Positions 8,518-18,361 are shown, counted from the first letter of the stretch. The stretch is 64,000 bases of DNA from Candidatus Undinarchaeota archaeon (GCA_964567575.1 CAZMMZ010000003.1:1-64000), one strand, 5' to 3'. Numbers and translations are program-made. Notes: generated from the letters alone by a model not told the origin.

Positions 8518-9177
8518 ATGAAGGATAAAGCAGTAATCTTTGACATGGATGGTGTAATTGTTTATACTCTAGATCATCATTATGCAGCTTGGAAAGATCT
8601 TCTTGCAGAACGAAATATTAATTTTTCGCGTAATGAATTCAACAATATGATTGGTCAATCTTCTCAGGCATTTATTCAATCTCTTCGACTAAAAGGACTT
8701 AAAGGTGGTGAAAAACGATTAGTAGAAGAGAAAGATAAAAGATATCTTCAAAAATTCAAGGAGAAAGCACCGCCTCTTGTTGATGGTTTTCTTCCTATCC
8801 TTGAGGACATAAAAGATATTGATCTTAAAACAGCAATCGCAACTTCCGAGCCAATGGAAATTATGAATGCAACAATAATAGAATATGGTTTGCTAAATAA
8901 ATTTGATGAGTTTGTAACTTCTGATGATGTTAAAAATTTAAAACCAGATCCTGAAATATATTCCTTAACTTCTCAGAAATTAAATGTTTCTCCTCAAAAT
9001 TGTATAGTTTTTGAAGATTCACCTAGTGGTGTTAAATCTGCAAAAAAGGCAGAAATGTATTGTATTGCATTGACAACTTCTTATTCAAAAAATGAATTAA
9101 AAAAAGCTGGAGCAGATAAAATAATAACTAATTTCACTGAAATAAATCTTGGAGACATATTAGATGCACTTAACTAA
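8518..9177 (+). CDS. HAD-family phosphatase (beta-PGM-like)
   Basis: FDMDGVI motif I, KPDPEIY and FEDSPSGV. Confidence 0.9.
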   Translation: MKDKAVIFDMDGVIVYTLDHHYAAWKDLLAERNINFSRNEFNNMIGQSSQAFIQSLRLKGLKGGEKRLVEEKDKRYLQKFKEKAPPLVDGFLPILEDIKDIDLKTAIATSEPMEIMNATIIEYGLLNKFDEFVTSDDVKNLKPDPEIYSLTSQKLNVSPQNCIVFEDSPSGVKSAKKAEMYCIALTTSYSKNELKKAGADKIITNFTEINLGDILDALN

Positions 9178-10312
9178 AAACGAGGAGCAAATCCTCAATG
9201 GGGAACAAGGCGAAGCTAAACAAAAAGCTCTCAAAATTCTTGTCAAGCTCGGTGATAAAGAAAAATCTGATAATCTAATACCGATACGAAGTGCACACGT
9301 CCCAAATATTTCTTATACAGAACTTTCTGAAAGCGAAGTAACTACATTAGAAAAATGGGCAGAGCATTTTCCAAAAGTTGAAGTTCCAACAACTTTGAAT
9401 GCAGGTGGTGTTTCCCAACGAACTCCTGATTTTGTTGATGACTTACCAAAGCAAGGTCAAATCATAAATTCTTTCAAAGCGTTCCATACTATTCCCGTTC
9501 TTACAACTGCTCCATATACAATTGGTTATATTCCAAAAGAAGGAAATGATATTGCGTGGGGTCATGATAGTGCAGTTGTTTATGCAAATTCAGTTCTTGG
9601 TGCGTGCACAAATAATCATCATTGGAAAACTGCACTTGCTTCAGCACTTCTTGGAGTAACTCCAAATTCCGGATTGCATCTTCAAGCCAACCGCGAACCT
9701 GAAATAAATTTGAAAGTTAAGGAAAAACTTTTCGGTTATGAAGATTTCAGTGCACTTGGATATTATGTTTCAAAAGAATATTCAAATCAAATTGTAAATT
9801 TTAGTTTTCCTTCAAAGCCAAACAAGGAAAATCTACAGGCGCTTGCTTCTGGTTATTCCACTAATACAAAGAAATACATGTTTACAATTGGAAATAAAAT
9901 TGACGCCGAAAAAATTGAAGTTGGATTTGATGAAATCGATACAGTTTTCCAGGAATTCTCTGCTGAAGATCCAGATTTCGTTGCTCTTGGTTGTCCTCAT
10001 TTTTCAAATTCTGATTTCCAAAAAATTGCAAGAATTCTGAAAGGGAAGAAACTTCAGAAATCTGCGAAGTTTTGGATTTACACTGCTGAAAAAATTCGCG
10101 CTGATTTAGAACTTGATGGGCATGAGGATTCTATAAAGAAAGCTGGATGTTATGTTGCAACTGATGCATGTCCGAGCCTTGCTCCTCTTGAAAAGTTTGG
10201 AATAAAATGTGTTATGTCAAATTCTGCAGAGCTATGCGCAAAAGTTAAAAGCATGGGTCTTAAAGCTCACTTATCAAGCTTTGACGATATTGTCAAGTGG
10301 GGGTTTAGATGA
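9164..10312 (+). CDS. Aconitase X catalytic (phosphomevalonate dehydratase large subunit-like) protein, divergent active site
   Basis: MHLTKNEEQILNGEQG, SAVVYANSVLGA and GCPH; several conserved motifs altered (see findings). Confidence 0.85.
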   Translation: MHLTKNEEQILNGEQGEAKQKALKILVKLGDKEKSDNLIPIRSAHVPNISYTELSESEVTTLEKWAEHFPKVEVPTTLNAGGVSQRTPDFVDDLPKQGQIINSFKAFHTIPVLTTAPYTIGYIPKEGNDIAWGHDSAVVYANSVLGACTNNHHWKTALASALLGVTPNSGLHLQANREPEINLKVKEKLFGYEDFSALGYYVSKEYSNQIVNFSFPSKPNKENLQALASGYSTNTKKYMFTIGNKIDAEKIEVGFDEIDTVFQEFSAEDPDFVALGCPHFSNSDFQKIARILKGKKLQKSAKFWIYTAEKIRADLELDGHEDSIKKAGCYVATDACPSLAPLEKFGIKCVMSNSAELCAKVKSMGLKAHLSSFDDIVKWGFR

Positions 10313-11253
10313 AGAATCCAACTGGTTCAGCATGTGGAAAAATAATACTTTTCGGAGAACACTCTGTTGTGTATGGTCATCCTGCGATAGCAGTCCCTGT
10401 TACAGCATTACATGCTGATGTTTTTATTCAACCAGCTGAGACATTAGTAATTTCATCTCGAAATTTTAATACTGAATATGAAATCTTGAAAAATCCTTTA
10501 AATAAAAATGAAACTGGTTTTGGACTTCAAGAAACAGTTCTAAACACTTTGAAATTTTTCAATCTTCTAAAGAAGCAGAATATTCACATTACAATTGATT
10601 CTTCAATTCTTCCAGCATCTGGTTTGGGGAGTAGTGCTGCTGTTGCTGTTGCAATTATCCGCGCGCTTTCAAATTATTTCAAAAAGAAAATTTCAAATAA
10701 AGATTTGTATGATCTAGCTTTCAAAACTGAAGTGATTTATCATGGGGATCCAAGTGGTATTGACCCTGCAGTAATTATTCACGAAAAACCGGTTTACTTT
10801 AAGAGTGGTAAAAAAACTCGTCTTGAACCACTAAAGGTTGCTAACAAAATTCCTATTATAATTGCTGACACCGGAGTTCGCAGTTCAACAAAGGAAGTTG
10901 TTTCTGATGTGAAAAAAGCAAGAGCAAGCGACAAAGATAAGTATGATACAATTTTCAGTGAGATAATTCCTATTGTTCATCGGGTACGCGATGTTATAGA
11001 AAAAGGAAATGTTTCAGAGCTTGGCAGATTAATGAATGAAAATCACGAACTTCTAAAACAAATTGATGTTTCAAGTCCTGAACTTGATTTGCTTGTTGAA
11101 TCTGCGCGCGAGGCAGGAGCAACAGGAGCTAAACTCGCTGGTGCAGGAAGAGGCGGCCACATCATAGCGTTGGCTGAGGATAATGTGCAAAAAATCAGCA
11201 AAGCGCTTGTAGATGCTGGAGCATCCCATATTTTCTTTACTGAAATTGTTTGA
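10309..11253 (+). CDS. mvk: Mevalonate kinase 1 (bacterial/Chloroflexi-like)
   Basis: GKIILFGEHSVVYG, SGLGSSAA, HGDPSGID (catalytic Asp intact) and GAKLAGAGRGG. Confidence 0.9.
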   Translation: MKNPTGSACGKIILFGEHSVVYGHPAIAVPVTALHADVFIQPAETLVISSRNFNTEYEILKNPLNKNETGFGLQETVLNTLKFFNLLKKQNIHITIDSSILPASGLGSSAAVAVAIIRALSNYFKKKISNKDLYDLAFKTEVIYHGDPSGIDPAVIIHEKPVYFKSGKKTRLEPLKVANKIPIIIADTGVRSSTKEVVSDVKKARASDKDKYDTIFSEIIPIVHRVRDVIEKGNVSELGRLMNENHELLKQIDVSSPELDLLVESAREAGATGAKLAGAGRGGHIIALAEDNVQKISKALVDAGASHIFFTEIV

Positions 11254-11307
11254 GAAAACTTAAATAGGACTTTATGGAACTGAGAGCTATTCGAAGTGAT
11301 ATATACA

Positions 11308-12234
11308 ATGATAACAGCTTCTGCCCCAGGTAAAGTAATACTCTTTGGTGAGCACGCTATGGTTTTTGGCGAGCTTGGCATTGCTACTGCAATTGAGAAA
11401 CGAGCATACGTTACAATTTGTGAGCTCGATGAACCAAAAATCGTAGTGCAGTCTAAGAATGTAGAGACTACAATTGAACTTCCTTCTTCTGAACGACCAA
11501 AAGAACCAATTACAAAAGCTGCACGCCTTGCTCTTGCAAAATGTGGGCACAAAGATCAAGGTCTTGGTATTGAGATTAATTCTGAAATTCCACAAAGCGC
11601 AGGTCTTGGTGCATCAGCAGCGATTTGCACTGCAACTGCAGCTGCTGTTCTCAAGATGTTTGAAAGCGAACTTGATATTATGAAAGTTGCAGAGATTGCA
11701 TACGAAGCTGAGAAAACAATTCATACTAATCCTACTGGTGTTGAAACTGCAGTCACAACTGTTGGTGGAACAATTGCTTTCCATCGCGGGCAAGTTGAAG
11801 CATTGAAAACCGAATCATTAAGCATGGTTGTTGCAAACACTGGATTTACAAGCAATGCAGAATCAATGATTAAATTAGTTAAACAACATATTGAGGATCC
11901 TCGAATGGGTTGCACACTTTTCTCAATTGGTGGATTAGTTAAACAAGCAAAAGATGCTATTTTGAGAAATCAATATTCTGTTATTGGAAACTTAATGTAT
12001 AAAAATCACGATTATCTAAAAAATCTTGGAGTAAGTTCACCGGAACTTGAGAATCTTGTAAAGCGCTCAAAAGATGCAGGTTCCCCTGGTGCAAAGCTTA
12101 CTGGTTTTGGTGGTGGTGGTTCTATGATTGCATTAGCCAAAGATCCTGATCCTCTTGTTGATGCTCTTAAATCATCTGGAGCAAAAGTTTTCAAAACCAT
12201 GACAGGACAGAATGGTGTAAGAATTAAAGAGTAA
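11308..12234 (+). CDS. Mevalonate kinase 2 (archaeal-like GHMP kinase, catalytic Asp->Glu)
   Basis: APGKVILFGEH, AGLGASAA, HTNPTGVE and GAKLTGFGGGG. Confidence 0.82.
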   Translation: MITASAPGKVILFGEHAMVFGELGIATAIEKRAYVTICELDEPKIVVQSKNVETTIELPSSERPKEPITKAARLALAKCGHKDQGLGIEINSEIPQSAGLGASAAICTATAAAVLKMFESELDIMKVAEIAYEAEKTIHTNPTGVETAVTTVGGTIAFHRGQVEALKTESLSMVVANTGFTSNAESMIKLVKQHIEDPRMGCTLFSIGGLVKQAKDAILRNQYSVIGNLMYKNHDYLKNLGVSSPELENLVKRSKDAGSPGAKLTGFGGGGSMIALAKDPDPLVDALKSSGAKVFKTMTGQNGVRIKE

Positions 12235-12274
12235 ACTCAAACTATAAATATTCTAAAACAAAGTTATTCTTGGG

Positions 12275-13039
12275 ATGGTAAAGGATTTAATTTTCATTAA
12301 GCTTGGAGGCTCGGCTATTACTAACAAGTCTGTTGAAAATTCTCTTAATGAAAAAGTTTTGAATCAAGTTTCAAAAGAAATTTCTGAATGCAAAGATTTT
12401 AATTTTTTAATTGGTCATGGTGGTGGTTCATTCGCGCATCCTATTGCAGCGAAATACAATGTTCAAAATGGGTTGCAAGGTAGCAGTCTTGAAGGATATT
12501 CTAAAACTCGAAAAGCTGTTGATGATTTAGGAGAAATAGTAACTGGTTCATTAACATCTGCTGGAGTTCCAGCAGTTTTTCTTCCAACTTCTACTCTTGC
12601 TGTAATGAAAAACGGAGAAGTAAAAGAATTTTTCACTTCTCCAATTGAAAAATATCTTGAAACTGGGAAAGTTCCTGTACTTCCTGGAGATGTTTGCCTT
12701 GATTATGAAAAAGTTTTTTCAATTGCATCAACTGAAATGATTTTTAATTTCCTGGCAAGTAAATTCAATCCAGTAAAACTTATTATTGGAACAAATGTCG
12801 ATGGTGTGCTTGATAACGATATTGTGATTCCTGAGATAAATCATCAAAACTTCAATAAAGTATTGGAAAAACTCGGTGGTTCTGCTGGAGCAGATGTGAC
12901 TGGTGGGATGAAACACAAAGTTGAAGAACTAAGTAAAACACATATTGACGTTCATATCATTAATATTCAGGAAGAAGGGAGATTGAAAAAAGCCATTCTT
13001 GGAGAAGATGTTATTGGAACGAGGTTGATTTTTAAATGA
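12275..13039 (+). CDS. ipk: Isopentenyl phosphate kinase
   Basis: KLGGSAIT, HGGGSFAH with the IPK-signature His, PGDV and DVTGGMKHKV; operon context. Confidence 0.92.
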   Translation: MVKDLIFIKLGGSAITNKSVENSLNEKVLNQVSKEISECKDFNFLIGHGGGSFAHPIAAKYNVQNGLQGSSLEGYSKTRKAVDDLGEIVTGSLTSAGVPAVFLPTSTLAVMKNGEVKEFFTSPIEKYLETGKVPVLPGDVCLDYEKVFSIASTEMIFNFLASKFNPVKLIIGTNVDGVLDNDIVIPEINHQNFNKVLEKLGGSAGADVTGGMKHKVEELSKTHIDVHIINIQEEGRLKKAILGEDVIGTRLIFK

Positions 13040-14076
13040 CAGGGGAAACAGAATCTCGAAAGTTAGATCATATAATGATCTGTACTGAGAAGGATGTCCA
13101 ATCTCAAAAATCAACACTTTTTGAGTGTGTTGATTTTTTGGATGGTCCTAAATTTTTAAGTGAACCTGATTTAGATTGTAGCACAACTTTTTTCAAAAAG
13201 AAATTGAATTATCCAATTATAATTGCTGGAATGACAGGGGGTGTTGCCGATGCTGAGCAAATTAATAAAAATTTAGCTCAAGCTGCTGAAGAGCTTGGTC
13301 TTGGTTTTGGTCTTGGTTCACAACGAGCAATGCTTGAAAATCCAACTTTGAAAAAGACATACGAAGTGCGAGATATTGCTCCTAATGTTCTATTACTTGG
13401 AAATATTGGAGCTGCGCAACTTTCTGAATATTCACAAGAACAAATTGAAAATCTTGCATTAACTGTTGGCGCAAATGTTTTGGCTGTTCATCTAAATTCA
13501 ATTCAGGAAAAAATTCAACCTGAAGGAAATCTTCCTGATATTGATTATTCTGAAAAAGTAAAACAATTATGTTCTTCTGTAAAACTTCCAGTTATCCTTA
13601 AAGAAACTGGTATGGGCATTTCTTCAAAAGATGCTCACAGTTTCAGAGAATCTGGAATTGCAGGAATTGATGTTGGTGGTGCAGGTGGAACTTCTTTCGC
13701 ACGAGTTGAACTTGAGCGTGGTGGAAATGGGGAATTCCATAATCTGGAAAATTCAGGAATTCCAACTGCAGCTAGTATCCTTGAAGTCAGAAAAGTATTT
13801 CCTAATATTCCAATAATTGCTACTGGTGGGATTCGGACTGGGTTTGATGTTGCAAAATCAATAGCCCTTGGCGCAGATGTTGCTGGTATAGCTCTTCCTT
13901 TATTGAAACCAGCGCAGGAAAGTACTGAAGCTGTTGTTGGGAAGCTTGAAAAAATAATTGAGGATTTGAAAAAAGCAATGATTTCTTCAAATTCTCCAAC
14001 TGTAAGTGATTTAAAGGCAGATAAGATTAACATAAATGGAGAATTGCTTGAATGGGTAGAAAACTTGAAAAATTAA
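13036..14076 (+). CDS. fni: Type 2 isopentenyl-diphosphate isomerase
   Basis: RKLDHI, AGMTGG, GSQRAML, HLNSIQE, KETGMG, GAGGTSF and TGGIRTG. Confidence 0.95.
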   Translation: MTGETESRKLDHIMICTEKDVQSQKSTLFECVDFLDGPKFLSEPDLDCSTTFFKKKLNYPIIIAGMTGGVADAEQINKNLAQAAEELGLGFGLGSQRAMLENPTLKKTYEVRDIAPNVLLLGNIGAAQLSEYSQEQIENLALTVGANVLAVHLNSIQEKIQPEGNLPDIDYSEKVKQLCSSVKLPVILKETGMGISSKDAHSFRESGIAGIDVGGAGGTSFARVELERGGNGEFHNLENSGIPTAASILEVRKVFPNIPIIATGGIRTGFDVAKSIALGADVAGIALPLLKPAQESTEAVVGKLEKIIEDLKKAMISSNSPTVSDLKADKININGELLEWVENLKN

Positions 14077-14897
14077 AGGCGTTTAGTGAATTAATTCGTA
14101 TTAAGGAAACATTTTTTGTTTTTGTTTCTGTTCTTGCAACTATTCTATTATGTCAAGGGAATGTGTTCAATTGGAAAATCACTCTTCCAGCTTTGTTGGC
14201 AATCATTTTTATTGCAGCTGGTGGAAATATGATAAATGATTCTTTTGATTTTTTTATTGATCTTGTTAATCGTCCTGACAGACCATTACCTTCTGGTCGG
14301 TTTTCAAGGAAGAATGCAAAGAGATTGTCTTTTGTTTTATTTTTTATTGGAATATTTTTTTCATTATTTCTTCCATTGCTTTCAATAGTTATTGCATGTT
14401 TTACAGTAGTCCTTTTAATATTCTATTCTTATTTTTTCAAAAGAAGTGGTTTTTTAGGGAATTTTTTTGTAAGTTATATGTTCGCATCTATTTTTGTTGC
14501 TGTAGCTGCTACAACTCCTAATTTAATGACTGGTATTTTTATTGGGATCTTGGCATTCTTTACTTCATCTGCTCATGAAATTCTAAAAGATATGGAAGAT
14601 GTTCGTGGTGATAAAATCGGTGGTGTAAAAACACTTCCAATAAATCATGGAATCAAAAAAACCAATTTTATTGTTTTTTCATTCCTTCTTATAGCAATTC
14701 TTTTCACCCCAATCCCGTATTTTCTTGGGTTAGTTTCTTTTTATTATCTCTTTGTTATTTTCATTGCTGATTTGGTTTTCGTAAAAGTTATATTATCAGT
14801 ACTCCGTAGTTCTTATACAAATCCAACCAAAAATGTTAATCTCATTTTATTTGGTGTTGGTATTGTGTTCTTGGCATTTTTTGCCGGGTTGCTATAA
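14052..14897 (+). CDS. UbiA-family prenyltransferase, probable DGGGP synthase
   Basis: GNMINDSFDFFIDLVNRPDRPLPSG and HEILKDMEDVRGD motifs; multi-TM. Confidence 0.85.
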   Translation: MGRKLEKLKAFSELIRIKETFFVFVSVLATILLCQGNVFNWKITLPALLAIIFIAAGGNMINDSFDFFIDLVNRPDRPLPSGRFSRKNAKRLSFVLFFIGIFFSLFLPLLSIVIACFTVVLLIFYSYFFKRSGFLGNFFVSYMFASIFVAVAATTPNLMTGIFIGILAFFTSSAHEILKDMEDVRGDKIGGVKTLPINHGIKKTNFIVFSFLLIAILFTPIPYFLGLVSFYYLFVIFIADLVFVKVILSVLRSSYTNPTKNVNLILFGVGIVFLAFFAGLL

Positions 14898-15169
14898 TGG
14901 CCATTTCAAAAGCAGCTACACTTTCAGTATTACTCGCAGTTGTGCTATTATACCTCACACCACTCCACCCTGCAGCTGTTTTTGTTATAGCAGGTATCGG
15001 TGTTACATTTCTTTACCGTGCAATAAAAGGATGTTTTAATTTCGTTAACCCAATGGCAATTACTGGAGTTGGAGTTGTTGTTGTTCTTCATTATTTCTAC
15101 CCTAACCTAATTGTTGCTCTTGTTGCTGGTCTTGCAATTTCTGTTATTACTGGTCTAGTACTTCCATAA
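14897..15169 (+). CDS. Small membrane protein
   Basis: 90 aa, almost entirely hydrophobic; start overlaps the UbiA stop. Confidence 0.65.
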   Translation: MAISKAATLSVLLAVVLLYLTPLHPAAVFVIAGIGVTFLYRAIKGCFNFVNPMAITGVGVVVVLHYFYPNLIVALVAGLAISVITGLVLP

Positions 15170-15207
15170 CAACAAATTATAAAAATATCCAAATATAGGT
15201 ATTATTA

Positions 15208-15564
15208 GTGATTTCAATGAAGGGGTTCAAAACATTTCTTATAGGGCTTGCTGGCTTTGTTTCTATTGTACTAACTGCATTTTTCTTCAACATAAATATG
15301 GGAGTTTTATTATTCACTATTGTTATTTTCTCTTTTATTCATCCAACAGTTTCTTTTATTCATTCAAATAAATCCACTGATTCGTATGTAGATGATACGG
15401 TTTCTAATATCGAAGCTACTCCTGAAATTATAGAACACCTTGAAGAAAAAGTTCATGATGTTATTGACTTCACAAAAGAAAAAGTTTCAAAAACATGGAA
15501 GCAATACACCACTGAAGCAGAATCAATAGCATGCGAGCTAACTGATTTTATGCATTCAAAATAA
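15208..15564 (+). CDS. Hypothetical membrane protein
   Basis: Two N-terminal TM segments and an acidic C-terminus. Confidence 0.55.
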   Translation: MISMKGFKTFLIGLAGFVSIVLTAFFFNINMGVLLFTIVIFSFIHPTVSFIHSNKSTDSYVDDTVSNIEATPEIIEHLEEKVHDVIDFTKEKVSKTWKQYTTEAESIACELTDFMHSK

Positions 15565-15570
15565 ATTAAT

Positions 15571-16182
15571 TTATTTTACAAGTTTTCCAAGTTCTGCTGA
15601 TTTCTCACCAAGAATTTTTGCAGCTTCAGAAACGATTTTTCCAGGTTCTAGATTTCCGTGGCTCTCAACTCTGAATGAAAATACTGGGTTAGTTCCCTTT
15701 TCATATCCATAGCTGATAACTCCGGTTTGCCATTTTGCATGTTCTTTTCCTTTACCTAGCATTGCAATTGCTTCAATTTTGACTTTTTGATTCTCTAGAA
15801 GTTTTGTTATAGGAATATTAGTGTCTGTAACAGTTGTTTTTGGATCATTTGATTTAAGGTCGCCAGAATAAACTGTACATGGTCCTTTCTTTACAAGAGT
15901 GAATGAAACTTGGCATTTTGGACATCCTTTTCCTTTACAAGTGCACTTGTCTGGGAGTTTGAATGTTCTAAGATCAGTCTTTATTGGAACAAGTCCAATT
16001 CTATGTGCAACAATTTCGTCATAAAGTGCAGAACCGTTTTCATAAATTGTAACATCATCAATTGCTAGAACTGGAACTTCAGAAAGCATTAGTCTTCTAA
16101 GTGTGTTTGCAAAAGAAGGTGTGATTCCTTCTATATCAAAAGTTAGAACATTCTTTTCTTTTTTAACATTGGAAATTTTCAT
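15571..16182 (-). CDS. rpoD: RNA polymerase subunit D (Rpo3), short form
   Basis: FANTLRRLMLSEVP, ALYDEIVAHRIGLVP, GKEHAKWQ; follows rps11. Confidence 0.95.
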   Translation of the reverse strand: MKISNVKKEKNVLTFDIEGITPSFANTLRRLMLSEVPVLAIDDVTIYENGSALYDEIVAHRIGLVPIKTDLRTFKLPDKCTCKGKGCPKCQVSFTLVKKGPCTVYSGDLKSNDPKTTVTDTNIPITKLLENQKVKIEAIAMLGKGKEHAKWQTGVISYGYEKGTNPVFSFRVESHGNLEPGKIVSEAAKILGEKSAELGKLVK

Positions 16183-16578
16183 TTAAACTCTCCTTCCTCT
16201 TTTTCCGCCCTTGCGTCTCATTGTGCCATGAGCGACTGGAGTGACGTCCTCTATTTTTCCAACGCGCAATCCAGCTCGTGTTAGAGATCGAATAGCTGCT
16301 TGTGCGCCTGGTCCTGGTGAGCGGGATTTGTTTCCGCCTGGTGCCTTAACGCGAATATCAACATCGTATATTCCTTTACTTTTTAATTCATCAGCTATTT
16401 TATTGACCTGTTGCATTGCTGCAAATGGGCCTGGCTTTTCTCTACCACTTCTAACTACCATTCCACCAGATGTGGATGATATTGTCTCTGCGCCGGTTAT
16501 ATCTGTAACATTAATTATTGTGTTATTGAAAGAGGAAAAAATATGAATTATTCCTTTCTTGTTTATTTCTTTACTCAT
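16183..16578 (-). CDS. rps11: Ribosomal protein uS11
   Basis: [20 protein letters not shown] and IEDVTPVAH. Confidence 0.97.
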   Translation of the reverse strand: MSKEINKKGIIHIFSSFNNTIINVTDITGAETISSTSGGMVVRSGREKPGPFAAMQQVNKIADELKSKGIYDVDIRVKAPGGNKSRSPGPGAQAAIRSLTRAGLRVGKIEDVTPVAHGTMRRKGGKRGRRV

Positions 16579-17171
16579 TCTGCGTCACCTTCCTTTTTCT
16601 CTTCAGCTGGTGCTTCTGGTTTTGCTTCTCCGCCTTCAAGTGCTGGGGATTCTTCAGGACCTTTTGCTTCTTTCTTTTTTGGAGCTCTTGGAGCTCGTGA
16701 AATTCCTACATATGCAATTGTTTCTTCTTTATCAACAGGTACAATTGTTCCAGGGATTGAATGTTTTCTTCCATTGTATTTTACCTGTCCATGAATGATC
16801 ATTTGTCGTGCTTCTTTTGCAGTTTTTGCAATTCCTTTTGCTTTCAAAATACTTTGCAAACGTCGTGTAAGAACATCACGAACATTTAATCCTAGAATAT
16901 CTGAAAGTGTTGCGCCTTTTGAAACAATTCCTTGTCTTGTAAGACGGTTGAGAAGTAATTTTTGGAGGTTTTCTCCTTTTTCATCTTTTTTACCAATAAG
17001 TTGTCGTGCTTGTTGCCGTGCATTACTAATAAAAGTCTTTGCGCGCCAAATTTCACGATTGTTTTTTAATCCGAATTCTCTTTTAAGTTTGAGTTCATCA
17101 GCAATCCTTGTACCTTGCCACATGTGTGCAGGCGTTGTGAATTTTTTGCGTGTTTTTTTTGGATCTCCCAT
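16575..17171 (-). CDS. rps4: Ribosomal protein uS4 with acidic tail
   Basis: [21 protein letters not shown] and ARQMIIHG. Confidence 0.96.
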   Translation of the reverse strand: MGDPKKTRKKFTTPAHMWQGTRIADELKLKREFGLKNNREIWRAKTFISNARQQARQLIGKKDEKGENLQKLLLNRLTRQGIVSKGATLSDILGLNVRDVLTRRLQSILKAKGIAKTAKEARQMIIHGQVKYNGRKHSIPGTIVPVDKEETIAYVGISRAPRAPKKKEAKGPEESPALEGGEAKPEAPAEEKKEGDAE

Positions 17172-17184
17172 CTTTATTTACTCC

Positions 17185-17628
17185 TTATTTCTTTTTCTGA
17201 ACTCCAACAGTTTTGTTCTTTCGTCCTGAGGATCGTGTTCGCTGACCACGAACAGTTAGTTTGAACATGTGTCGAATTCCGCGATATGATTTTTTCTTTT
17301 TCATATTTGTTATATCTTCACGGTTTACAAGCATTAAATTTGTTTCAACATTGTGAGTATCAATACCGGTTTCAGGATCTTTTCTCCGGTTTAAGAGCCA
17401 TTTTGGGAATTCAAGTGTGTGTGGGGCTTCTAGCATTTTTTCAAGTATTTTCATTTCTGCATCTGTTAAATCACCCATTAAAATTTTATCATCAAAACCA
17501 GCTTTTTTTCTTATTGCACGAGCGGTCATAAAACTAATACCTCGCATGTGTCGTAGTGCTGACTCTACTGGAACCTCTCCCGGAAGATCCTTTCTCATCA
17601 ATCTAACAAGTTTTTTAGTGTCTGCCAT
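17185..17628 (-). CDS. rps13: Ribosomal protein uS13
   Basis: WLLNRRKDPETG and SYRGIRH...VRGQRTRS. Confidence 0.96.
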   Translation of the reverse strand: MADTKKLVRLMRKDLPGEVPVESALRHMRGISFMTARAIRKKAGFDDKILMGDLTDAEMKILEKMLEAPHTLEFPKWLLNRRKDPETGIDTHNVETNLMLVNREDITNMKKKKSYRGIRHMFKLTVRGQRTRSSGRKNKTVGVQKKK

Positions 17629-17708
17629 CAAATTATCCCCAATAAAAAGGAATTTAGCGGATTTAAGAGTATCAAACCGTTATATATGCTTTTTGGGACT
17701 GCCTCTCT

Positions 17709-18359
17709 TTATAAAATATTCGGTTGCAAGTTTTCGAAACTTGCGCGTATTTTAGAAAGATTTTCTTGCGCGTCTGTTATCTCTGTAAGTTGTAAAGTAG
17801 CGTAAGCGCTCTTCAAATGCGGAACTTCTTTATCATTAATTATTGTTAAAAGATATGCTGCGATGTTGTTAAGATTTACTAGATTATTGCAAGCTCTTTC
17901 TTTCCATTTTTTATCTTCAACTTCTTTATTCACTTTATTTATTATATCTGCTGACAGTTTCTGTATACTCACAAGAAGATTTATTTGATGCTCCAAATGT
18001 ACTGCGAATTCTAATTCTTCCTCAACTTCTTTTAGAATTTCACGTTCAGTTGTACCTTTTGCATCTTTTTCAAGTTCGTCAACAAGCTTTGCTTCTTCTT
18101 CAATTGATTCTGATAATGTTCTTGTATCAACTTCAAGAGCAAGAAGTAATTTTCCTATTTCAGGAGATGCATGTTTTTCAGATTCTTTTACAAGCATCAT
18201 AATTTGATCTATTTCGTTTTTTGGATTTTTCAAATCCTCGCCAAGCTCATCTTTCTTGCCGGTCATGAAGTCTCTTTTCTCCTTAACGACTTTCTCTGCG
18301 TTCTCAAGATGTTTCCTAACAGAAAGCATCCCTCCTTTTTTTAAATATTCTTTATCCAT
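17709..18359 (-). CDS. Hypothetical coiled-coil protein
   Basis: 216 aa, E/K/L-rich heptad pattern. Confidence 0.6.
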   Translation of the reverse strand: MDKEYLKKGGMLSVRKHLENAEKVVKEKRDFMTGKKDELGEDLKNPKNEIDQIMMLVKESEKHASPEIGKLLLALEVDTRTLSESIEEEAKLVDELEKDAKGTTEREILKEVEEELEFAVHLEHQINLLVSIQKLSADIINKVNKEVEDKKWKERACNNLVNLNNIAAYLLTIINDKEVPHLKSAYATLQLTEITDAQENLSKIRASFENLQPNIL

Positions 18360-18361
18360 TT

